From positions 982,570 to 1,046,569 of the forward strand of contig CAJFCJ010000019.1 in NCBI GenBank assembly GCA_904063045.1: a stretch of 64,000 nucleotides of DNA, in the 5' to 3' direction. Under the pieces are notes generated by a model. That model made no database searches. It had not been told where the DNA came from and saw nothing but the letters and a program-made list of their open reading frames with translations. Origin of the DNA: Dimorphilus gyrociliatus. Taxonomy: Eukaryota > Animalia > Annelida. The position numbers were made by a program, and so were the translations under genes. Below, piece after piece: positions 39,140-52,859 of this stretch; positions within the stretch are counted from its first letter, which is position 1, and each line of letters opens with the position of its first letter.

Positions 39140-40314
39140 TATTTATTTCGATACGTATTTATATATAGTAATAGTAAATTTATACAACTATTTATATCAA
39201 ATGGCTATAATAATTCATATACGCAATATTAAAAGAAATAAAGTTAATTAATGATAGTTGACAAATTCGATAGTTAATTTTCCGCATAAGGAATAAGATT
39301 GAAACGTTTATATAAAAAATCAGACAGCAAACCTTCAGATATGAAGCTTGTTTTTAATATTTATTATTATTTAAAAAACAACTATCATATTTAGTCAGTT
39401 ATCTTTGACGTAAATGAACTTTTCGCTTTGTAATTTATCAATCAGAACTGACAATATAAGCATTTGGATAATTACTGTTATAGTGTTTAAAGAAATCAAA
39501 AGAGATAATAAAAAAAAGGATTTGAGAAATTATAAGATATAGAAGAGTAACGAGGTATCAGAAAAGAGATTCTGAAAGAGATTTTAGTTGTACTAATATA
39601 GGAAAAACTTGTTTTCGGCGAGGGGGAGAGAGGGAGAGAAAGCGGGAGAAAGCAACAGCATCAACAAATTTATTTTGCAATAAAAATTGTCTTGCGCGAA
39701 ATTTCCCATAAAGAAACGTTAAATTGGATCAATAAATTTCTTTATGAATATATTAATAAAATATTCAAGCAATATGCTATTTGCTTTGAATAATTATAAC
39801 TATTTGACGACATGTGTATACGACCGATTTTCACAACAGGACGCACGATTTCGTTTCAAAGACGTGATGCGGAATATGTTCTATCGAATTATCAACAAAT
39901 TTTAAATGATATACCCTTAATAAAACATTTAAGGTGCTTCCAAGTCTATAGTGGCGTCGAATCACTTTTTGAGCAATCCTTGTACAGCCGTTTAAAAGAC
40001 CCATAACAGCGTTTCTCACCGTGTACTTTTTGACATTGGGATATCCTCCGGTGAGTAGGACAATCCGAGCTACGTCATTCAGGTTCCAAAACAAAGTCGA
40101 AGAAAGGCATCCCTGTCGATGCACGAAATAGGCCAAAATTTATCCCTTCCGATTTTCCGAACTCTAGTTTCGGAGGGATCTCGTAATTCGTTCAAGTAAG
40201 AAAACAGTGCCGGCCCTGTAAAGTGTTGTAACCTTCATATCGGATTTTCAGTAATCTAGCCAGCTTTGAAGCGGTATAAAATTCCCGAGTAAATTTTAAT
40301 TATATTAAAGGAAG

Positions 40315-42123
40315 ATGACTGAAATTCGAGCAATCCCACTGGGAGCAGGGCAGGATGTAGGTAGATCATGCATCCTAATCGAAATTGGGGGAAAAAATAT
40401 CATGCTTGATTGCGGCATGCATATGGGCTATAACGATGATCGCCGATTTCCAGATTTTTCGTTTATTCGAAAATCTGGCGATCTAACTCCTTATTTAGAT
40501 TGCGTTATTATCAGTCACTTTCACCTCGATCATTGCGGTGCTTTACCCTACATGACTGAAATGGTCGGGTACAACGGACCTATTTATATGACTCATCCAA
40601 CCAAAGCCGTCTGTCCTATTCTTCTTGAAGACTACAGAAAGCTAACAGTGGAAAAAAAGGGCGAACAAAACTTTTTTACATCTGAAATGATAAAAAAGTG
40701 TATGTCGAAATGCGTCGCCGTTAATCTTCATCAGACGATTCAGGTAGATAGTGAACTAAGAATAAAACCCTATTACGCCGGTCACGTTCTGGGTGCTGCA
40801 ATGTTCCATGTTGAAGTGAAAAATCAATCGCTCGTCTACACGGGCGATTATAATATGACGCCGGATAGACATTTGGGAGCCGCCAGTATCGATAAATGCC
40901 GTCCGGATTTACTTATTACTGAGTCGACTTATGCTACAACTATTCGAGATTCTAAACGATGTAGGGAAAGGGATTTTCTCCAAAAGGTCCACGAATGCGT
41001 GGAGAGAGACGGAAAAGTTCTAATTCCAGTTTTTGCGCTTGGAAGAGCTCAGGAGTTATGCATATTACTTGAAACTTATTGGGAGAGAATGAATTTAAAA
41101 GTTCCTATATATTTTGCGGTTGGTCTCACGGAAAAAGCCAATAACTATTATAAAATGTTTATAACTTGGACTAATCAAAAGATTAAGCAGACATTTCTCG
41201 AAAGGAATATGTTCGAATTCAAACATATCCGTGCTTTTGATCGAAGTTTTATAGAAAATCCTGGATCTATGGTGGTGCTAGCTACGCCTGGTATGTTACA
41301 TAGTGGATTGTCGTTACAAATCTTTAAAAAATGGGCCCCTTTCGAAAAGAATATGGTCATTATGCCTGGATACTGTGTCCAAGGTACTGTTGGATTTAAA
41401 ATATTGAGTGGTCAGAGAAAATTAGATATAGACGGCCATCCTTTAGAAGTAAAAATGTCGGTTCAATATATGTCCTTCAGTGCGCACGCCGATGCCAAAG
41501 GTATAATGCAACTAATTGGGATGTGCGAGCCAAAAAACGTTATGCTAGTTCACGGAGAGGGTGGAAAAATGCAGTTTCTCAAAGCCAAGATCGAAAGAGA
41601 ATATGGTACGTCTTGTTATATGCCAGCCAATGGGGAGATGGCAATTATCGACACAAAGACTAATATGGAAGCTAATATTTCTATACCTCTTTTGAAACGA
41701 ACATTGGCTGTTGGAAATACAAAAAATGACATTCCTGAACCTAAAAAATGCAGGACATTACATGCAGCTGTCGTAATGAATAATAATAAATTAACTATTG
41801 TGGACACTGACGAAACGGTGAATAATGTATTAAATAAAAATCTCCATCATATTCAGTATTCTACCTGCCTGCCTATCCCAGCGAAAGAAAGTGCAAAAAG
41901 CCTGTTTGATTTATTAACGGACGTGCTACAAGATGTAGTTGTTACCCACTCTGCTGACGGTACAATAAGCGTCGACGATGTTGACATTCATATAGAGCAA
42001 GAGGATGAAAGTTGTAAAAAAGCAATGATCAGTTGGCAACACGAAGATGAACAATTAGGTAGTTTTGTATGTAAACTTATTAAACAACACTGCAAAAGCA
42101 TAACAAATGAGGAAGAAAACTAA
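40315..42123 (+). CDS. INTS11: Integrator complex subunit 11 (CPSF3L), MBL/beta-CASP endonuclease, intronless
   Basis: [29 protein letters not shown] metal motif, [23 protein letters not shown] and SFSAHAD; these match INTS11 rather than CPSF73 as recalled. Confidence 0.96.
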   Translation: MTEIRAIPLGAGQDVGRSCILIEIGGKNIMLDCGMHMGYNDDRRFPDFSFIRKSGDLTPYLDCVIISHFHLDHCGALPYMTEMVGYNGPIYMTHPTKAVCPILLEDYRKLTVEKKGEQNFFTSEMIKKCMSKCVAVNLHQTIQVDSELRIKPYYAGHVLGAAMFHVEVKNQSLVYTGDYNMTPDRHLGAASIDKCRPDLLITESTYATTIRDSKRCRERDFLQKVHECVERDGKVLIPVFALGRAQELCILLETYWERMNLKVPIYFAVGLTEKANNYYKMFITWTNQKIKQTFLERNMFEFKHIRAFDRSFIENPGSMVVLATPGMLHSGLSLQIFKKWAPFEKNMVIMPGYCVQGTVGFKILSGQRKLDIDGHPLEVKMSVQYMSFSAHADAKGIMQLIGMCEPKNVMLVHGEGGKMQFLKAKIEREYGTSCYMPANGEMAIIDTKTNMEANISIPLLKRTLAVGNTKNDIPEPKKCRTLHAAVVMNNNKLTIVDTDETVNNVLNKNLHHIQYSTCLPIPAKESAKSLFDLLTDVLQDVVVTHSADGTISVDDVDIHIEQEDESCKKAMISWQHEDEQLGSFVCKLIKQHCKSITNEEEN

Positions 42124-42734
42124 ACTTTAAACTGATAAATAACATTTCTGACACATGTACTCTGTACAGTGCTTCTGTAACAGTTTATATCAGCCTTTTT
42201 TTCTAAAATATAATATTCAAATTCTCTTACGATAACTAAAAGATTACTCGTACATACGAAGTGTTTGAGAGTACTGGCGTCCTTAATTTAAAAGTTCGTA
42301 TGTTCTCACTTTCAGAGATAAGAATATAGTTTTAAAGAGCGTATCTACAGGCATATTTTCTCTTGATGCTATTTCGTTACTACGTTTATAAACTAACCAA
42401 ATAGACTAGTTTAGTTTTCGCTAAGAGGTAAAAGAAACGTAACTGTTGTAGGATTGATATGCTATAAAAAATACTTGCCCCATTTTCTAACGATTTATTA
42501 ATATAAATGAAAATACTAGAGTCGCGCCTTTCCTCCCTACTGATTATTCAAAATACTTGAATCATCAGATGACAAAGAACGCGTTTTTGATAACAGATGT
42601 AATCAGCGTTATACGTGCGACTCAGAAATATCAGAAATAATCTGAAACTATATAAGAAAAATTAAGGTAGTGTAAATATTCAGTCTTTAAGAAGAAAGTT
42701 AAAGAGAACGATAGTTTATTTTATTAATTAAATT

Positions 42735-43697
42735 ATGGCTGGCGAGACGAGAAACCTTTATTTGTCATCTGTTGAACAGAAAACTGACAGCTTTAATAGT
42801 AGTTTCTATTCGGATAAAGATTGGAGAATTCTACAACCTATATGGGACTTACGTTTTGGCTATGAGAATGTCTTGTCATCGCCTGTATTTCCTCCGATAC
42901 TTTGCACATTATTCTATGTTATTTATTGTAGCATTTATACAATAATTGATCTCTACTTCGTAAACTTTAAAATCATCAAACGCTATAAAATTCAACCGGA
43001 TAGGGCTCCAAACGCTAAAGGTATTGAAAGAGCTGTATTGTTGACGCTATGGAATAATATGGTATGGACCTTACCAATTACAATGGCTCAGTGGGCTTTT
43101 ACGCCGAACGAAGTTCTGCCGAAAGTTGCTCCAACTCTATTCGAATTTATATGGCAGCATTTTGCCGCCTTGGCTATGTTCGATTTCTTCTACTTTACTT
43201 GGCACTCAATTCATCACAAAGTTCGCTTTCTGTACAAGCATTGCCACGCAGTTCATCACGAATATTACGTGTGCAACTCCTGGGTTACTCAATATCTACA
43301 CCCCTGGGAGCTGATATGCGTCGGATTTTTCACCTATTCTTCCGTTATGATCTTTAATCCGCATCCTATGACAAAATGGTCTTATCTACTGTTTTCAGAA
43401 ATAATCTCTATAGATGAGCATTCGGGTTATGATTTTCCGTTTATGCTAAGCAACATCTTTAAGATAATGGGAGGAGCCGTAAAACACGATATGCATCATA
43501 TGAGACCTCTGACAAATTATGCTCCATTCTATCTCTATTGGGATTGGATCTTCGGCACAAATTGTCCTGGAGTAAGGGCAGGAGGTTATAGGGATCAGGC
43601 AATGTTAGAATACGAGAGGAAACGAAAGGAACGGATTTCAAATATGAAAGGAAAACAGAAGCATAAATTCTCCTGGTGGTACAAATATATTAACTAG
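42735..43697 (+). CDS. Fatty acid hydroxylase/sterol desaturase family protein, cholesterol 25-hydroxylase-like, intronless
   Basis: Three His boxes (HSIHH, HAVHH, HDMHH), DEHSGYDFP, NYAPFYLYWDWIFGT, TQYLHPWEL. Confidence 0.82.
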   Translation: MAGETRNLYLSSVEQKTDSFNSSFYSDKDWRILQPIWDLRFGYENVLSSPVFPPILCTLFYVIYCSIYTIIDLYFVNFKIIKRYKIQPDRAPNAKGIERAVLLTLWNNMVWTLPITMAQWAFTPNEVLPKVAPTLFEFIWQHFAALAMFDFFYFTWHSIHHKVRFLYKHCHAVHHEYYVCNSWVTQYLHPWELICVGFFTYSSVMIFNPHPMTKWSYLLFSEIISIDEHSGYDFPFMLSNIFKIMGGAVKHDMHHMRPLTNYAPFYLYWDWIFGTNCPGVRAGGYRDQAMLEYERKRKERISNMKGKQKHKFSWWYKYIN

Positions 43698-45847
43698 AAA
43701 GACAAGATCATATATCCCGAAGAAAGACATTTCCTAATCTATTGATAAAGGAAGAAACTGTTTTTATGAATATTTATTGTCAAAAATGACCAAAACATTT
43801 TTAATTTTGTGACATGTTATAGTAAGCCTGATAATGAAACGTGGCAAATTCATATCCTTATAAAACATTCTTCATTTCCGCCACGCTGAAAGTCAGGTGC
43901 ACTACTCGTACACAAGTACTTGACGCATATACTTGATAATATATAAAAAAATTTCTTTTATGTAATAGTCTGTTTTCAAAGCGACTTTCGTAATTGATTT
44001 GCCTAAAGACAACGGGAGAATTTCTTTGTAACACAGCTTAGCAATTAACGATGGGAGGCTGGAATAAAAAAAAAACCCGGCAATTTTATCTTCATATGTT
44101 CCTCTTCCTTCTTATATTCTTTATCCTACTTTCTTTTCTTATGCTTTGCTATCATAAACACTTTTTTATTTACCGAAAACAAATAATAAGATATTTTGGC
44201 GTATGTGACGTAATTAATATTGGATTTCTTATATAGGTCATGTAAAAGTTTATCAGCTTAGAGGATACTAATATTTTAATCTATATATATCAACATACGC
44301 TGGGCATAAATCTACATTAATGAATTTTTATATAGCTATACATATATAAATAAATAAATATCTATATATATATTTATACATGTATATATAATATATATAT
44401 ATATCTCATAAATAGATATATAGATATAAAGCTAAGGGGACCGAAAAGATTCCCAAAGCAAACAGTCAATCAGAAAATAACGTCGGCTGATGACGCTCGA
44501 ACTCGTTTCATTTCAGACGTTATCTTTCATTTCGCCTCGATCAAACGACTTCCCCTATTTTTTTTACGCTCAGTTTTCTATCCCTTCACCAAAACCCATT
44601 TTAATTAAGGAGTGCTAAACGATCTCTTTTTATGAAATATCCAACTCTTATAAATTATTCTTATTTCAAATTAACAACATTTACCGTCTTTACTATTTGC
44701 AGATTGGATGAACTGATGAGTTGTTTTTCCTTTGAAATTAAATAGAGAAAAGGTATGAAAAAAGTTACGTTGATAGTCAAAGACAGGCAGGCTAAAGTAT
44801 TCACACGCCGCTAGATTCGCTTCCCTCAACCTGTCATACATGATATATCACATGTTCGATATGTAGTTTATAATTTTGCTTTCTCTTTACTTCAACTACA
44901 CCTTTCTTCTTTTTCTCTTTCTGTCTTTTCTCTATCCACTTTTCGTTTTCCATCTATAATCCATCTTTCTTTAGCCTCCTCCCTACCCAATCCTCTTCCT
45001 ATTACCCTTCATCTCTCCCTTTTCGCCCTCTCTCTCTCTCTATCTATCTATCCTTCTTTTTTTCAGATTTCATCAATCTTCGAATTGAGAAATATTCTAG
45101 TGTTTTATTCATACCTTCCAGTCTACTAATTCAAATTAAGTGTAAAAGAAGGAGCAATGGAACGCGATAAAAACGCGAGCGTCAATAATATGTCTAAGCT
45201 AGGGAAGATTTTCTTATAAAACATATATTAGGTGAGATCAGTAAAGAAACGATGATTCAAGTTGTTTGACGCCTAAGTAAACTTTAAGAGTTAGGACAAA
45301 GGAAGGAACTGGAAGAGCAGACATGAGTAAATGGAGATTAGTGAGTCGACTCACGGACGTGTTCATTAGCTAAAGATAATTAAGAACAAGTCAGCCGTCG
45401 CAAACAACGACATATAATACTCGCTAAAACCTTTTCGATCCTCTGGAGGCGCGATCTTTTCAAATTCTTTAGCGTTCCTATATCGAACAGAAGTATGTAT
45501 TCAGAAGAAATCAATCAAAAAATGCAACAAGTAAAGTCATACAATGCACAAGGCCTATTGTTGCTAATGTTGAAAGACAAAACAATAAAATATTTCCATA
45601 GGAAGTTGTCTAATGGCTGTCTGTCTATAGATTGCTGTTGACTTTCGATGCTCGTCTTTATTACTGGTGCCAACGACAATAAATTAGCTAATATTTTTTT
45701 TCGTACGGAGTTCAACAAGCGCTATATTGTCTTTGACACGAAACGTCGTTTCTGTCATTAGGCGTACAGATCACCTGACCCGTAAGGGGGTAAAGGGGGA
45801 GGGAATAGTGCTGACTGGAACGACACCTAGCGCGCTAGCTGCAAAAC

Positions 45848-48800
45848 ATGCAGTATGAACGGAGGTGGTTGGGCGGGATGAAGTCCGCCCTCCTCGTCTT
45901 CGATTATCAAACTTTCTTTGTTTTTATTTTATTATTAATGATTTTGGCTGCCGCCAAGGCTAATGAAGACCGTCCAGCTGATGATCAGGAAACAGGCAGC
46001 AGTGGAGATATTGGTGATGAGCCAACTCAAGGTAACGCCACGTTGTTGGATAGGGTCGACAAGTTTCTTCGCATAGTCGAGCAATACGAAAGAAACAGGG
46101 GTAATTGTACTGCCGGGGTGGGAACAATTCTTGGAAAAGGAGTCGTCGTCCAGTATGGAAGAAGAAGATTTCGCAAGCAGGCAGAAGTAGCCGTTCACAG
46201 AGCTAATCTTTTAACAAGACTGTGGCGTTTTATGAAACAGGAAGAAATCCAATCAGAAGTTTTACTGTACACTTTAGTACATTCAATGGTTGCTAGCGAC
46301 AAAGATATTTTTGCAGCCGGAAACTGTTATGATAAGGATCAATTCAAAAACTATACCTTATTCTGCCCCTATGCTCATAGACTTCGTAACTCTTCAACAG
46401 AGATAACGGTCAAGGATCTCAGTGTCGCTTACAAATATTTGAATAATGGATCCGAATTTTTCAGAGAGCCTAAGACGAAAGCCCAGAGAAAGCTGAATAG
46501 TTCGTACGCCTTAAGCGTCGGTAGGTCTTTATTTATTTATAAAGTTCCGTATCGCCATTTTAATTCGGTGCGACGTAATGACATCGGAGCGGAAAAAGTA
46601 AGAGTGAAACAAACAAGTCATCGCTGATTAGTAGCTACGTAATTATAGAACGGACTGGCATATGTATATGAAGGTTTCGCCCTAAACTTTTTTCGGCTTC
46701 GACAATTGACGAGCAATGATAGAAATTCTTTCTTATTCAATTAAGAATAAGAGTCAGAGGGAGAAAGGCTGAGCGGAGAAAAAAAGGAAAGGGGACAAAA
46801 GGGGCGGATGAAAATTTAGGTTAAACATCTTCATTAATTTGTTTTGTTTCATCTCTCCAAGGGGAGGAGGAAATTGTAAAAAGGGGTGGTAGGGGGCGGA
46901 GAAGAAAAGGGGAAAAGAGAGAGAAAAAAAAGCTATTCGCTTTTTAGTCGTCGCGGTCACGAAACGGAAACAAATTTGCCACCTCGTTTATTCCTATGTT
47001 GACAAACGTTATATCGCGGTGACGACAGACTAAAAATATTAAACGCCGATCGATATCCGCCCTATCCGAAAATCGCGTTGACTTAATTTGTTGCGCTAAC
47101 AAACGGCGACGATGTCTCTACTACCTGCAAGCGTCTCTCTCTCTCGCTCACTCACTCGCTCGCTCTCTACTTTTATTCCTATATTGCCAGTATATTTATC
47201 TATTCTAGATGGAACATAAATCAGGGCATATTTTTCTATCGTATCCTTCGTTCCTACATTCCCTCTCTCTCTATCTCACTTACTCATTCACTCACTCACT
47301 CACTCATTCATTCATCCTCTCCCGCTTTCTCTCGCTCTCTCTTTCCGTCACGTCTCTATCTGTGAAGTTGACCGTGAGAATCGGAGCGTTTAAAGCAGAC
47401 GTAATAAATCACGAGCGTTTTCAGGCCTCGCGGTCCGATAATAATCCTATATTTTACAATTTTATTTCCATTAACACTGGCACACGCATATATACATGGA
47501 GAGGCATTCATACATAATATTTTTTATGTTTTTTCCTTTTTAACAGGACTGTTCCAGTATCGCTATAATGAATCAGAGCATAAGCCTACGGTAGATTTAG
47601 AGAGTATTCAAATCGATTATGATGATGGGCATTGGGGTCTACCTTATTTTGATTGTGGAGGTGGTGACATATGGATGATGACTTACACTGTACCATTCTT
47701 TGGTTACGACCAAGAAAACCGTCGCTATTATTTCAAGTAAGTCTTGATTGGAGACGTCTCTAGCCTTCCGGCTTGTAATTCAAATTGCGCTCTGCTGATA
47801 CTTTGTTTGTAGTCCATTCAGAACCGTAAGAGAACAAGAAAGCTTGATGAGATGCGTATAGTATTACAAAAGGCACTTTTATTGCATTTTCTGTTCGATA
47901 ATCTTGATATCGTCGTTACATAGATGAGAAATTGTATAAAAATTGTAGAAATTGTACGAAACGGAAAACGTAAAAAACATCACTCGTAACCTAATCCGGT
48001 TTTCGAAAGAATACATTCAAGTGCCCTCGAAAGCCCGTAACGCCGCTCCTAAGTGGTGAAGAGAAATTTTCGGCCGTTTTGTACGGAATTACACACTCGT
48101 TTTGTCAATTTGTAACGCATAATAGAACGCTACGCTATAGGATTATCTTAATTTGACAATTTCAAGATTAGTTTATAAGTACATTTTTAAGACTGTGTAA
48201 AGCGCCTAAGCATTTTCCATAGACCAGTCAAGCTTCCCTTCCGTCCGCTATCGCCTTGACCCTTTCCCTTCCCTTCCTATTCCTTTCACTCCATTAGGTT
48301 TTTAATATATTGCTCTCTTATATTCCTTTTTTTTTCGTTTCCTAGAGGAACGAGCGGTATCGACATAGATCTGCAAAAAGTCGACATTGACCAGTGTCCG
48401 CAAAAGGAAGGGAAGGAGTATAATCATTTCGCTGGAACACACAAGTGCAAGCTGGAAACAACTAAGGTAATGAGGGGGGAGGTTTAAGCTAGTGGGATTA
48501 ATATCATTGTTAGAAAGATTTCAAAAGAGGATTTAATCATCGTTTATATATCTTTTTATGCCAAGTTTTATCTGCATCAATAACATAAAAATATTTTTTT
48601 CATTTTTAGTGTGTTCCAGTTCCTGGCCTTGGCTTTTCCAGAGGGTCTTATCATTGCGTATGCAAGGAAGGTTACTACTTCCCTAATACGGACATTCCGG
48701 TCGAGAAGCGCTATTACGATGGTTCTGATGTCGAAAGAGCATTTGAATTAGAAACGAGAGGATCGGCTAGTGACTACCAAACAAATTTTACTTGCTTGCC

Positions 48801-50022
48801 ATGCGCTAAAGGCTGTAAAACGTGTCTGGATAAAACTCCGTGCCTATTGCAGTTAAACTGGGTACATCGGTCAGTGTTGCTTGGTATCAGCTGCGTCCTA
48901 ATGGCAGCTATTCCACTCCTCGTCGTTTTTACATACAAGTATAGCGACGTAAAAGTAAGTCGATTCATTTCGTTCAATAAATAGATACATATTGCTCTTT
49001 TTTCTCATCACTTATTTTATACATATTTATATGCAATATGTTTGCGTCCATATATTTTTTCTCTCTTTTATTTAATACATAATCCATATGTCGTTACAGG
49101 TGCTGAAAGCTGCCAGTCCAGTTCTTTTAAGAATTATTCTCCTTGGTGCCTTTCTCCTATATTGCCCGGTATATATCTCTTGAGAAATCAACCAAAATCT
49201 TAACCACTCTTTCATGTTCCTTATTATCATTACCGTAATCGGTTTCTTCTTCAATCAATTTCTACTTTCCGTAACCTCATTTGGTTTCCTAAACCTCTGG
49301 TTTATCGGTTAATCGGTCTTTATCTTTCAATTGGAAACATTGATTCGAGCACAATTCGCTATCATTCAAAAAATCTATTTATCCTCTATCTCTATCTTTA
49401 TCAAGCCATATCAATCTCTCTCATTCTCCCTGCCTCTCGCTCTCTTATTTTTTTTTTCTTACCAATCTTTTTTATTCTCAAATGTTTTTTTTTCATTATA
49501 CTAATGGTCTGTTATTCAACAGATGATAGTGCAATACTTTGAACCTACCCAAGTGTCCTGCTGCCTGCGCGTTTGGATGAGAGAAATAGGTTTCTCAATA
49601 TCCTACGGAGCACTTCTGCTAAAAACCTGGAGGATTTCAGTCGTCTTTCGCGTTCGTTCCGCTCAACGGGTGAAGATTAGCGATACGGATTTAATCAAAC
49701 GCCTATTATTTATAGTCCTACTCTTTTCGGTTTATCTAACCGTACGAATGGTAATTGGCCGGCCCAAGGTTATGAAAGGTATGTCCCATCATACTTTTAT
49801 GTTCGTCAATCGTGATGTCATGTTGATTAATCGAACGTGATGGTTTTCGGTTAGTGGTACAACTACAAACGAAATGAAAGAGCTTTGTATTCTTCCCTTA
49901 TTATCTGTGAATCTAATTACTCTTAAATATCTCAGCATTAAACCCTCTCGCCTCATCGTTTATTTATAGTTTTCTCTATTGCCAATAGTTTTTGCGCCGG
50001 CTTCTTAATGTACGCGTATGAA

Positions 50023-50062
<40 letters not shown>

Positions 50063-50881
50063 CTTTATACTGCAAATATATGTAATATCTTCTCGATTTC
50101 AGCTACTCATTCCAGTAAGAAACACGCTTACCAATGCTCTTGGGATACTTGGGATTATTGCGCGGCAGTAGCCGAATTGTGCTTATTGTTGTGGGGAATA
50201 AGATTGTGTATAGTTGTAAGGAAAGCTCCATCGGAATTTAACGAAAGTCGCTTTATCAGTTGGGCGATCTATAATGAAACCTTACTGTCTCTCTTCCTCA
50301 ATATTACCATGTTCTTCCTGCAAAGTATAGCTAATCCGGACTTATTGTACTTAGTCTTATTTATACATACGCAATTGACAACTACAGTCTTACTTGGTTT
50401 CCTTTTTGGAAGTAAAGCTTATCTTGTTTATAAATATCGAGGCAAATCAGAACAAGCTGCTACAACCATTAATCGAGGATCAAAGTATGTCGCCGCACCA
50501 AAATCAAACTATAGCGTTCAAATGACGTCAGTTGCAACTTCGGGTAACGTGTCAAATATGACGGGAACGGCCGAAGGGGAAATGCAGGAAGAGGATATAC
50601 AATGCACACCTAGGTCACCTGAGAGCGTTTTACAAACTTCAATGAGTGGCGGAGGTGGAAACGGGGGGACGTTGGCGAAAGACATAGAAGAAGAGTTCAA
50701 GAGACTCTACACTCAATTAGAGACACTAAAGCAAAAGAATATGAAGTTGGGAAATCCACACTTGTCTGTTAAATTGTCTGCAATGACGGAAGCAGCCTGC
50801 AGTTGTCCTCCCAGTCCATCGGAAAATGGGAGGAAAGTTATAATCAGCTTAGATAAAATTGAAGAAAGCACTCATTTGTGA
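45848..50881 (+). CDS. GPR158: Class C GPCR, GPR158/GPR179-like (Cache ectodomain, Cys-rich/EGF-like linker, 7TM, C-terminal coiled coil); 7 exons starting at about 45848, 47547, 48346, 48610, 49101, 49523 and 50103
   Basis: WGLPYFDCGGGDIWMMTYTVPFFG, GTSGIDIDLQKVDIDQC, GLGFSRGSYHCVCKEGYYFP, LLLKTWRI, APSEFNESRFISWAIYNE, EEFKRLYTQLETLKQKNMKLGNPHL. Confidence 0.88.
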
Positions 50882-51786
50882 TTTTCTTTACAGATATATA
50901 TATATATCTAGTAGTATCATAACTTCAAATATAAAAACAATGCGTATGCAGTGAGTATATATTTTATTTTATGTACAAAACTTTGTATGTTATTGTCGAA
51001 TTACAATTATTGTTATTATTATTATTATTATTATGGTTATTATTATTACTTAAAAGTATTGTTTTATAATGCCAAATAACGTTTAATATTGCCTAATATA
51101 ATTTTCATGAGCAGATCGTACATGCTGAAAAAAAAGGAAAAGTTGCGTAATTTATGCGTGTCGAAAGTGTTAAAGTTGTTTTAAAACGAAAAGAAAATAA
51201 TAAAATTGATAAAGTTTTGTCTATATTGTCTACTTTATAGAAAATAATAACATTATATATGTATACATTTCAGAAACAAACAAATAAAACACAACATACA
51301 AACATACATAGAGTAATTGAATTTTGTTTTCTTTCCCTTTACAAACTTATGCAACAAAGTTAAAAGAAAGAAAGAAAAAAAGAAGAAGATATAGAGATAG
51401 AGAGAGAGAAAGAAAGATAGATAGAAAAAAGGAATGAAGAATTGACTTAAAAAAACATGAAAAAAAAAATAAGAGAAGGATATTTAGATATAGATTTATT
51501 TTGTTGTTTTTTTTTTTTATTGTAGAATATTTCTTATTAAAAATCTATATACGACAAGCTTAATTTCGATCGTTATGTTGCTTCGTCCTCAATTTACGCA
51601 TTCTCTTATTAGTAGAAAAATTGCAATCAAATATTTTTATTATCCTCCGTTTCTTTGCTTTTTAGTAGTTTTGTTGGTTGTTTTTTATTGTCCATTCTAT
51701 ACTATTATGTGTTTATAAACTACTTCTTTTTCCTTCTTTTTCTCTTCTCCCATACGTATACAGCATATATATATATGTTACAATCC

Positions 51787-51797
51787 TTCTCTCCCTC

Positions 51798-51830
<33 letters not shown>
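51787..51830. repeat. (CT)n microsatellite
   Basis: Direct inspection. Confidence 0.85.
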
Positions 51831-51833
<3 letters not shown>

Positions 51834-52826
51834 ACTACCACCCACCACCCCTCTCTATCTCTCCACTCTCTTTAGAACTTCAATATCCTATTCATTTCTT
51901 TGAGATAAGCCTACCACATTTACCCTTAAGTGATATCGACTCTAACTGACTCTTTTCACTTTTCTACGTCCCATTCCCGTTTACAACCACCAACCGTCTA
52001 CAACCGAGTTTTTACTCGATAATTTATTTTTATATCAACCTTTCTCTCGAAAAGAAACAGGCGGATTTGTTTAGACAAAAGTAGCCGTACCGGACTGACG
52101 CCGTTAACCTTACCATATTGCTGCTGTCTGACGGATAAACGCGCGCCCGCCTGTATAGGCCTGTAAAGACCGCAACGGTGGGCCTATAATTTGCTGTGTA
52201 CTCGCCACTTAGGTGAGTCTCAAACGTGATTAATGCGCTTTCAATGAAAAACCCTTCTTAACCACCGTCTAGTTTGCCTTGTTCGAAACAGACGGCGCGA
52301 GAGTGGGGAAAAAAAATCAATGTCCTTTTCTCCGGATTCACTCTCATCCCAACAAAAAAAGAGAACGAAAAAAAATTTGATTGACAAAGCTCGACATCCG
52401 AAGAGGAGAGGAATAAGCACGTTTCTACAATTTGTAATTACAAATCTATATTATTCTTGTTAAGATGATCCCTCGTCAGTGAATTTGTTTAAGGTTCGAA
52501 AGATTTAGGGGAAGCAGGTGGTTGAAGTTTGTAGGAAATTTTTTTATTTTCCTTTTTAGACCAGCATCTGCTTCCCACTAGTATCCTAATAGATTTCTAA
52601 GTGGCTTTTAATTAGTGGAAAATTATCATGGCACGTTTCTCTCAACGGTGCGTGTAAAGCCAAAACGTACACACACAATTCGCACAACATCAATCATTTC
52701 AGCCAATGCTGAAAGATTAGCAAACGCCACGATTTTATATAATATATCTATATATATTTGTATTTAAATATATATAGATGTGCTCTATATATGCTGTATA
52801 TACATGATGTATAGATAGACAGTATA

Positions 52827-52859
<33 letters not shown>

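Noticed and set aside
39831-40136. 101-aa TTG-start minus ORF and overlapping 64-aa plus ORF as standalone genes; a CX9C-like reading in the third frame
   Set aside because: No recognisable family, no ATG for the long frame, and the Cys spacing does not fit twin CX9C. Only the 30-codon presequence-like part was kept as a hypothesis.
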